From assembly GCA_030141605.1 (NCBI GenBank), contig JAQGDQ010000147.1, positions 310,001 to 374,000 of the forward strand: a DNA stretch of 64,000 bases, read 5' to 3'. Below the pieces are notes generated by a model that was not told where the DNA came from, did no database searches, and was given only the letters and a program-made list of their open reading frames with translations. Of the stretch, positions 28,048 through 37,896 are shown one piece after another. How positions within the stretch are numbered: position 1 is the stretch's first letter; each line of letters opens with the position of its first letter. The stretch comes from Tubiluchus corallicola (taxonomy: Eukaryota; Animalia; Priapulida). The position numbers were made by a program, and so were the translations under genes.

Positions 28048-29241
28048 GACAGGATGGCTAGGCACTGTCACAAAATAATAAAATTTTGCTATTCTTTGTC
28101 GCTGAACGCTTTCATAAAACCCTTTCTTGTCTTTTGCGGTTTCTACAACACACTGATTAAGTGTGACCTTCTCATCTCTTAACTGTTTTCGCAACTGTGA
28201 TTATGTTATATAAGACGGAAACCTCGGTTACTGAAACTTTTAACATGCATTAATGCTTTAAACCCGTTTCACTGCACTGAATAATTATTGTCGCAGATAC
28301 AGCTTGTACTTGTAGGCCTTACAAATAGCTATACCTTGCCTTCTGCGTATGCTATTTACGTAGCTTTCAAAGTCGTTCAAGCTTCAGCGAATTTGCGTTT
28401 CCGTAAAATTCGCATTTCATTCCGTAAAGAAAATGGCATGTACATGTGGAAGTACATGTACATGTATTTATGTGAGTACATATTATTTCGGATTTTCGTA
28501 GAAATCATGGAAGCGTGAAAAGTGTACCAGCTAAAAAGCTAGCAGAAATTTGTACGAAAATCAGGTGATAATAGCTTAGCAACACGCTTTACTGATCAGT
28601 GCGTAACCGCATATGCAGTGTGCTATTTGAAGTATTCATACAAATTTAAATTTCTTTCACCATGAAATCTCAAAAAGCTGGACACTCGTACGTAATTGCT
28701 AGTTGCCGTGTGTGCAGTATGCGCGTAGTATGAATTTGTCATTTAGCATACAGAGTGTCAGAGATTTTGAAACGCGTTCATTAATTCGATTTCACTTTCT
28801 TTGTAGCTAATCAACCAACGTAGCAGTAATGTTCATTTTCTGGTAAACTGTTTCAGCAGGTACTATTGAGAATTTTTTAGTTTACATTGGAAGTTCTTCT
28901 GCTCTCATGCTGAATCTAGAACAGAGAGTAAACGAACCTAAAATCGGCTATATATAGAAAAGAGAGTAGTATATACATGCATGAGTAAATTAAAGCTGTT
29001 ACGGCACGAATCCAAGTTTGGTGCTACCAAAATTCCTATGAATACTATTGAAAAAATGAAAAAGTAAGAGCAAGAAAATTAAAAGGCTTAAAAAGAAATG
29101 AAAACATTAAAAATAATGAACATGTAACAATAAAGAGGGACTTTTTGGAGTCCAGTATACAACATGTTATGCTAACTTTCGTTTCCAGTTTCTGAGCAAA
29201 GTGTTGTTACAGAAAACGTTATTTTTCTGTACATTGTAAGT

Positions 29242-30465
29242 AATTAATAAAAACAATTGTAACCAAAAACTATAACTGGAAGCTTCTGCTGCTTGACAAG
29301 TTATTCCAGTAACTAAACAAAGGAACATGCGCATGCATGAAGAAATGAATAAAAACAACAAAAAAGCAGCTAGTCAACCAAGTGAACGAGTGAATAATCA
29401 CTCCAACGAACTAATAAAAGAGGTGAAAAGGAAGAAAGGATATAAGCGTGTTAATGATCCGCGTACTTTTAAAGGAAAGAGTTAATTCTAAATGAGTTTT
29501 ATGACAATGTTAAAAGTTAGTCATTAAACTAGAACTTCTCGTGAATTAAGCCTACAAAGACACACAATAGAATGAGCTTTATGAGTACAGCTTGTGAAAA
29601 ATACCGCATGCTTCTCTGTGACACTTTAGCTGTGAATGGGAGGTTATAAGAAGACATTTTCACGCCCACGTATAGTTACCCTGTCTGATTCTGGGACATT
29701 TTGCAATTGTCAGTAGGAGGTCTATGAGGACATCTTTACGTCCGCAGTTACCCTGTCTAACTCTGTAACACTTTTGAATAGTGAGTGGGTGGCATTTAGG
29801 CAGTAAAAAGGAATTTCGGTCAATGGACTACTGTTTGCGGATTTCCTTATACCAAATGATTGTAATTGCTGCTAAAATTCAAAAACAGGCCATTTTGATG
29901 GCCATAATCACACATTAAAATTTTGTTGATTGTTTTGTCGATATTTTCGAAGGAGCTTCTACCCGAATTAATAAAAACATTTGTAACCAAAAGCTATAAC
30001 TGGAAGCTTCTGCTGCATGACAAGTTATTCCAGTAACTAAACAAAGGAACATGCGCATGCATGAAGAAATGAATAAAAACAACAGAAAAGCAGTTAGTCA
30101 ACCAACTGAACGAGTGAATAATCACTCCAACGAATTATTAAGAGGTGAAAAGGAAGAAAGGATATACGCGTGTTAATGATCCGCGTACTTTGAAAGGAAA
30201 TAGTTCATTCTAAATGAGTTTTATGACAATGTTAAAAGTTAGTCATTAAACTAGAATTTCTATTGCATTAAGCTACAAAGACACACAATAGAATGCGCTT
30301 TATGACTACAGCTTGTGAAAAATACCGCATTTTTCTCTGTGACACTTTAGCTGTGAGTGGGAGGTCTATAGACATCTTCACGCCCACTTATAGTTACCCT
30401 GTCTTACTCTGGGACATTTTGCAATAGTCAGTAGGAGGTCTATGAGGACATCTTCATGTCCACAG
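29242..30465 (+). repeat. ~500-bp direct duplication (29242-29748 and 29966-30465)
   Basis: Near-identical copies ~720 bp apart in the SLC5/DHRS4 intergenic region. Confidence 0.93.
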
Positions 30466-30696
30466 TCCATAGTTTTTTGAGTGGAATAATTCTGGTTATA
30501 AATAAGCTATACATGTACGCTACTAATCATAACTTTACTGGGATGCAAGCCATTACTTTTTGTAGTAACCATTTTAGGCTGGCGGCAGATGGCAGCACCT
30601 ATCAATTTAGACAAACTGTAGTGAGAGCATTCACGGACTCCGTGAATGATCGAAGTTTGAGCTTGGTGTCAACTTATTTCATAATAATAATATTTA

Positions 30697-30738
30697 ATGT
30701 CAGTGCTAAGGTTGCTTAGGCATTCTGTCGCTTTGCAG
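30697..30738 (+). CDS. DHRS4: DHRS4 putative first coding exon ([14 protein letters not shown])
   Basis: ATG plus a consensus CAG|GTAAGT donor; phase 0 joins in frame to the acceptor at 30991. Confidence 0.65.
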
Positions 30739-33700
30739 GTAAGTTAGATTTGTGTTGGAACTGGACTCTGGAATCTGTGTACGAATATGTTTATGATCGC
30801 CTTTAGTAGGTTAATAAGCCGTTAGTACTGGATTGATTATAACTGTTAGACTATAAATAATTTGAAAAAACCTACGAGAATTATAAGGAGTTGTATAACT
30901 GGTGCAGCCATTTTATTTTGAAGATAAGGCAGTAGAGCTGCGTTTAAAAATTTGCGGCAACAAATTATTGCATTGTTTTTTTACGTTACAGGAAGGAACA
31001 TTGACTAAGCTAGTTTTACGTCTGGCAAGCTGCACAATTTTTGTAACTGACCCAAGTATGTCTACTGCAGCAAAACTGGCAGGTAAAGTGGCGGTTGTAA
31101 CGGCCTCAACAGAAGGGCAAGTACTAGACAATTTAGAAAAAAATTATTTTATGTAGACTGTAGAGTATAGAGTAAAGACCATTTTTCAGCATGTTAACAG
31201 GCAATGTTATAGGGTTTGTTACATTTGACTGTCACTATTATTCAGTATTTACAAGTTGATGATGTGTTCATAAATACATGGAAGATTTTTCTCATCATGG
31301 CTATTTTTCAGGATTGGCTTTGCCATCGCCAGACGGTTAGGCCAAGATGGAGCACATGTTGTAATTAGCAGCAGAAAAGAAACCAAAGTAGAAAGAGCTT
31401 TGCAGCAACTACAGTCAGAAGGCTTGAGTGTGGCGGGTATTGTGTGCCATGTTGCGAAGTCAGAAGACAGGACGCGACTCATTGCTAAGGTAAATGTTAT
31501 GTGCTGTAGTACACCCAGTCATCGATATATGTGCACATTCGGCTCTGACTGACTGGTTGTAAGGAGATTTGGATTTAAGACAGACATATATAATGGCTGT
31601 ACATTACCCTTAACTCATGGTGTTTGTTTATACTTGTGGTCGCAAAGTTGATGCAGATATTGTAAGTCCTAAGTCTACAACTGCTTAAATTATTAATTGA
31701 GCACTTTTATCCCCTGATTTTTCAAGTCTGTGGACTTTAAAGTCAAACTAAACCCTCACTATAATATAAGCTTTTACAACTTAAAATCCTACTCGCATTA
31801 CGAGTGTTCAATTTATTTTATTGTAAACCTACTGTAAAACTTGTTTCTTTTGATTTTTTATCACTTCATTGTTAATGGTATTAAACTTGAAGAACCGCCA
31901 TTTCTCGTTGCACAAAACGATTGACGTTATGAATATAGTCACATGGCCACCAAAGATCGGCAAACAAACATGGGTACCAAAGACGTTTTCTGTACTTCGT
32001 ACTTCATTCTCGCTCACTCGCTCCAAAGACTTGAAACATGGTGATTTTTACGGCAATGCACATGTTCGAAATTTGCCAGAAAAAGGTTGATTATTTAATT
32101 TATAAGTTTATTTTATTTAATAATAACTATGAATTATTTGTGTGATAATGCATTAAAAAAACTTCAGTGTTTGTGTGGTTACATAGGCCTTTAATTGCAT
32201 ACTGTATTTTTTTCAGGCTTTAGAAAAGAATGGTGGAATTGATATTCTCGTGTCAAATGCTGCTACCAATCCACACATGGGACCAATGTTGGAGGTACTT
32301 CATTAATTTAATATTTCTGTCTATATTGTAAGATTATGCTTCAATTACTGCATTCTAACTTCGCAATTTTTTCTTGTGTAGCACTATTAATTTAAGATTT
32401 ATTAAATCAGTCCTTGCTGTAGAAATTGTCAGCAAGCTTATGCTTTTTCTTGCTGGATGGTATTGATAATAAGTCTCTTTTATGTTTGTCTATTAACATA
32501 TGCTACGTAAATTGGACTTTTTGGCTAACATGTAGTTCTATGCTGTAATTTGCAATAATTGTGTGCCATTTTTCTCGTAGTTTCACTTTTTGTCTTTGGA
32601 TTTCGCCTTACCTTAATCAAACCACTTAACTAACTAAACCGATTTATTTTACTTTGTTTCTAAACCATTTTTAGGTAGTAAGCTTAATTTATTTGCTTTT
32701 GTGTGACATTGGACTGCTTTTCAAACTGTGATCTTTTGGAAAGAAATGCTTATAACCAGTAGTAACTGTTATGCTTTGGTAAAATGAAAGTAATTAATTA
32801 AATAGAAAATCTAAAATATTATCGCTAGTTATTGCCTTTCAGTGACAAAGGGAACTCAGTGATTAGAAATTGGCATAATAATTTTTTCTAGTTTGTGTAT
32901 CATATATTATATGTCTTGCAGTGCATTTATTGTAGTATTTGTATAATATGAGACAGATTTCAAGATTAAATTTCAACTGATCACAGCTACAACTGTGCAT
33001 AATGCATAGTTGATGGATGGTTTCATACACTCAAACTTTCAAACACGTGACTTTCTTGCCATCTAGTTAGCATAATACACGGAAACCTTCATAAATGGCT
33101 GTCTTGAATCTTAGTAATGGAGGTGTTCTGTGAAAGTTGTTCTATGGAATTTGTTTTTTTTCTGTTGCAGACAACAGAAGAACAGTGGGACAAAGTAAGT
33201 GGTAGACACGTTTTCGTGATTGTCTTCATTGACATATCCATTTGGCAGGTTTGGCCTGCCTATACACTTCTCTTATTTTTGGCTGTGTCCTCAAAGGCTC
33301 CAATTAAATTATAAATAATTATTTGCCTAGGTTTATGTTTAAGTTGATTTTTGTGACACACCTGTTACTCGGTTTGATAAAGCTGAGCACCAGTAATATC
33401 AGAAATTCTTTTTCGGTGAAATTCTGGTAGCAATAATAACCTTAATCATATCACTAGCCATAGCAGTCTAACAAGCTCGAAATTTGAAGTAATTATGATT
33501 TTTACAAAAGTTTGAAAACTTGTAGACTAAAAATGTCAAGTGTCACTTAAACCTTCTGATGGTTGCAAAGGTAGCAAATGTGTTGCCAGCTGGAACTTGA
33601 GGAGAGAAGCTTATTTACTCTTAGACTAAGTTAGGCCTAAAGCCAAGAAAAACCGAGTGCCAAATTGAAGCTTTCTGTTTCAAAATCCTAGATCCGACAC

Positions 33701-35505
33701 TACTTTTCTCATGCCATTTTGTCATGGATTTCAAGTCGATCATATGTTTAATTTGATAAGAAATTCAAGTCTTCTATAGAAGCAACAGCAGTGTTTTCAT
33801 AACTGCTTAACAGAAAATTGTTAAATTAACTGTGAATAACAGTTTATAATTCATTAATATTTGGAGGGAATAGTTGCAGCAATCGCTTTTTACCTTTTGC
33901 AGCTGTTTGACACCAACGTGAAGGCTGGATTTTTTCTAATCAAAGAAGCTGTGCCACACATGCAAAAGAAGCGGTAATTTTTTATTACTTAATGTTAACT
34001 TTTTTCAAGAAACAAATTTTTTCAAACTCAACTTATTCCTGTTTACTATGCATTTAATCTGAGCTGATTTGATGCGATTTGATATAATCTAATCCAGTTA
34101 TAGAAATTTCCCTTTCTTGGGAAATAAAGATGTGTTTTTGCCTGAAGTTTATACGGTATCTGCTTTTTCGTGAGTACCACTTTGTTTGGCATTTAGGGAC
34201 CAATTATTAAAATTTGAATAACCAAACGAAGTGATTTACTCACATATTGTCTTTTAGCCTATTTTTTTTACATTATTTCAGTAACGGTAGTATTGTGCTG
34301 GTTTCTTCCATTGCTGGGTATGTTGAGCGTAACCAGGTAATTTTGGTTTCCTGACGATTTTTAAGCTGTATTTTGCATTATTTTCAGTGGTGGTAGTATT
34401 GTCCTGGTGTCTTCCATTGGTGGGTATGTTCCACTTGAGGTAATTTTGGATTCCTGATTATTTTAAAATGATGAAGTATTCAATTTTATTTTAAAGCTAA
34501 AATTAACCGTAATCTAATGTTACATATTAATTGTGTGATAGTAATCTAATTAATTAATTTAAAAGCGATATTGCCCATGAAAGAGTTGATACCTGTCCAG
34601 TTAACAAGCTGCTAATTAAATTGCTGGGTGTCTTAATTCATTTGTTTTATCTTAAATCGAGTGAATGATAAATTTGTCTTATATCAAAGTAAAATTAGCA
34701 GCCAAATGCATTATACTGAATTGAGCTTCAAGTATAATTTATTGTATATTATATTTCTCAAAAATGTTTCTTTATTTAGATGCTGGGTCCATATGGGCTA
34801 ACTAAAACAGCTTTGTTAGGCCTGGTAAAAAACTTAGCACCACAGTGTTCCAAACTTGGGATTCGAGTTAATGCAATTGCACCCGGTGTCATAAAAACTA
34901 AATTTAGTTCAGCGGTAAGTGTAATAAAATGTGATGAGATGTTTTGCGAATTAGTGAAAAGATTAATGAGGATCTATAGGAAAGTCATAATTATCTGGCC
35001 CGAATTATTGGGAATGTGATATACTGTATGAAATATTTTATCTGTAGATTCTATAGTAAAGAGCTTTTTAATTGATATTGGTCATTAACGTGAATGTAAA
35101 CCAAAACCTTTTGAATAGTGTTTCTTATTTTTTATGCACATTGCAGTGAATATTTTTAATATTCACATAAACATTTTATTTAGAGCAACAATTTGTTAAC
35201 TTTTGATTTGACTGCCAAGCTATGTATTTTAGCAGTGATGAAGGTAAGTGTCTGTGTAGTACTTTGTAGTTGGATGGCAACAGTTATTAAGTGTAGCCTC
35301 ATACAAAATATTTTATCTAGTCTATTTTTTACAGTTATGGACAGACGAAACTTTGGCCGACGAATTTTTGAAGGTTTGTCCGATGGGTAGATTCGGTGAG
35401 CCTGATGAGTGTGCTGGTGCTGTTTCATTTCTTTGTAGTGACGATGCTTCTTATATTACTGGCGAAACATTATGCATAACTGGTGGCATGATTTCCAGAC
35501 TGTAA
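30697..35505 (+). CDS. DHRS4: Dehydrogenase/reductase SDR family member 4-like (peroxisomal NADPH carbonyl reductase), whole gene; 291 aa from ATG 30697 or 255 aa from ATG 31058 (with exon 7b)
   Basis: Exons 30697-30738, 30992-31116, 31312-31489, 32217-32294, 33171-33194, 33903-33973, 34282-34336 or 34388-34439, 34780-34914, 35335-35505. DHRS4-type TASTEGIG cofactor motif, [12 protein letters not shown], catalytic VSS...YGLTK, SYITGE, C-terminal PTS1 -SRL. Confidence 0.95.
30992..31116 (+). CDS. DHRS4: DHRS4 exon 2 (internal ATG 31058; GC donor)
   Basis: ...[22 protein letters not shown], donor GG|GCAAGT. Confidence 0.88.
31312..31489 (+). CDS. DHRS4: DHRS4 exon 3
   Basis: [22 protein letters not shown]...[16 protein letters not shown]. 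Confidence 0.96.
32217..32294 (+). CDS. DHRS4: DHRS4 exon 4
   Basis: [26 protein letters not shown]. Confidence 0.96.
33171..33194 (+). CDS. DHRS4: DHRS4 exon 5 (24-nt microexon)
   Basis: ttgcag|TTEEQWDK|gtaagt; supplies the conserved EExWDK. Confidence 0.92.
33903..33973 (+). CDS. DHRS4: DHRS4 exon 6
   Basis: [23 protein letters not shown]. Confidence 0.95.
34282..34336 (+). CDS. DHRS4: DHRS4 exon 7a (alternative, duplicated)
   Basis: [18 protein letters not shown], 55 nt, intact AG/GT, same phases as 7b. Confidence 0.7.
34388..34439 (+). CDS. DHRS4: DHRS4 exon 7b (ancestral-like)
   Basis: [17 protein letters not shown], 52 nt. Confidence 0.9.
34780..34914 (+). CDS. DHRS4: DHRS4 exon 8
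   Basis: [15 protein letters not shown]...[17 protein letters not shown] (YxxxK). Confidence 0.96.
35335..35505 (+). CDS. DHRS4: DHRS4 terminal exon
   Basis: LWTDE...[27 protein letters not shown]...ISRL*. Confidence 0.96.
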   Translation, partial: LWTDETLADEFLKVCPMGRFGEPDECAGAVSFLCSDDASYITGETLCITGGMISRL

Positions 35506-35575
35506 ACTTTGTGCATAGCAGTTGGTGTGATATCTAGACTGTGATTTATTGTGCATAATTGGTGGTAGACTGCAA
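35467..35575 (+). repeat. Three tandem copies of the last ~39 nt of the DHRS4 CDS
   Basis: [12 protein letters not shown] / TLCIAVGVISRL* / LLCIIGG---RLQ. Confidence 0.85.
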
Positions 35576-37807
35576 CGATGCAATGTAGCGATGAATGTTT
35601 GTGATCAAGAATTGTGCTGTTTCTGATTTTTGAACAGCTTCAATCGAATATCCAGTTTGATTACAGTTTGTTTACAGCTTATGCCAAACATTGCCTGTGC
35701 TGGGGAATTTTGGTTAAAATTATGTAATTTATGAGTAACGATTTCTTAATTAGTTAATTTTTTACTTTCACTTGACCTTGTTACTGAGTTAAGTTGCAAA
35801 GCTGTTACATTATTACATAATCACTTATATTAATTACTGTTGTATTATCACCATTTGGCAGATTTTTATTAAAGTTTCTTATATGGTGTCTCTAATGTGT
35901 TTTTAACAATCGTTAAATTAAAATGGATTTTAGCGTCTTTAATTAGTTGCTGGTGCAAAATTGTTATTGTTCTAATATTGGTAGTTTTTCAAAGTTACGT
36001 ATGCAATAAAACGATGATGCGACCTATTTGGCTTTAGGTGAAATGTACAAGAAATTTCCTCTTGTTTCGGGATTATGTGGTACTTATAATTATGTGACAT
36101 GGCTAGAAAAAAACTAGGGCCAGTGGAAGATTTTGCTTTATGATGACTAATCCTGGCCTTTTTGACATCTTTGAAGTGATAAAGTGTTTTCATAAAGAAG
36201 CTAGATAAAGACAATTATAGTACAGCCGATAATTTTCATATAAAAAATACTACGTTGAATAGACCTCTGAAGAATTTTCTAGAATCTTAAAAATAATTGT
36301 GGTACCAATAGTAAACTTATACATTACCGCATCGTAAAACAAATCCTCATAATTCATTGTGAAAAAATTTGTGCAACAACTATGGCTATGTGTCTTCACA
36401 TGTAAATCATTGAATGTCCCAGTAGCCATAATATGGATTAGGCATCCTGCGAATTTTACAACAGTTGACAGCACTCTTTTTGGCACTAATCTACTATTAC
36501 ATGTTTATCACCTGCAATATACGCCAACGTTGAAAACGCGTAAAAATCCTTGACAACTGGCAACTATGTGTTAATGACATTGTATTTATATAAACATGTT
36601 TGGATAACATGCAGGAATGCCAATTATTACAAACAGACAACAAATGTTTTAACGATGGATGTGGAGCTATTGCAAACTGATTTTGGAACCTTTTTAATGT
36701 GCAGTTTCTACTTAGAACTTTTATCTCAGAGCAAAATTTTTAATACTTGATTATATTTGGCACAAGTGTTAAATGGAAAACATATAGGTGAAACTAGTAA
36801 GAATCAATAACAACAGCAATTGCAATGCTCATCAATAACAATCAGTCAATATTCACACCTGTGGCAGTTATGCAAGTGCGTCAGCAAGGTCAACAAGTTG
36901 CATGCGGACTGTTAGGATTCCCACTGGAACTTAACGACACCCGAAACATTTCCTTATTACTTTCGTTCAGTTAACAGTATCCAGACTGTTAGGCTTCTCA
37001 AAGATGTGACATTCAAATAGTCACCGTCATTCAATACATCAAATTTGCAAACCACCATTTTTCAAATTGCAAATGAAATTGCTGTTCATTGAAGATAAAT
37101 GAAAATATGTACATACTGTCGCAAATTGTCACTTCGCGTTTCTTTGAAAAACAGAAAATGCAGCCAAACATGTAGTAAACGAAGATATGCTGACTTTAGT
37201 CCTCACTTGTTCATACCAGGTTTTTTTGTACATCAGTCACACATTGCACAAAAATGGCCTCACATCCAAAATGCTACGTTTTTATTGAGTTTAGAGCAGC
37301 CGCCGCCATTTCCTTCACCAAAATTAAACACTAATTATTACATTAATGCATAAACGTTGAGCAATTATTTTTCTAGCGCATTATAGAATTAGGCCATGCA
37401 TCCAAAATGTGCGGTAGCAATAAATCTGGGCTGCAGAATGTGAAAAAATGAACAGGCGAATATGTTGATAGTGTGACTTACTAAAATCGCTCATTATACT
37501 GCTGCCCAACCCCCAAGCTTGCACACTGTGTTGTGGATGCGTGGATATTTATATATACATGCGTCTAGAGAAACGGACCAAAATCAAAATTACCGAACTA
37601 ACAAAAATTATTTGACAAAAGCAGCTGGTCACAAAGCAAAATTCACTTTACAAATTTGCCTTTCATTTACTTACCGTGTTATCAACATGATATTCTCAAT
37701 TAGCGCAAACCAATTTACTATAGGTAAATAGCCAATAACAAAACTAAAACTAGCAGAACAAAAAGCATCGTATAGTACACAGTGTAACATAACAGCACTG
37801 ATGGTTG

Positions 37808-37896
37808 CTAGGTGGTGGAATTACTACTTCTGTTCAATTCTTTGTCAATGACGGTAACAGCCTTTTTAGATGTATCTGCTCCTATGTTACTCCGAA
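37808..37896 (-). CDS. Probable terminal coding exon of the membrane protein (VRSNIGADTSKKAVTVIDKELNRSSNSTT*)
   Basis: Strong acceptor (tttcttttttcttttcag), phase-1 compatible, open to TAG; two N-glycosylation sequons fit a lumenal tail. Confidence 0.65.
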
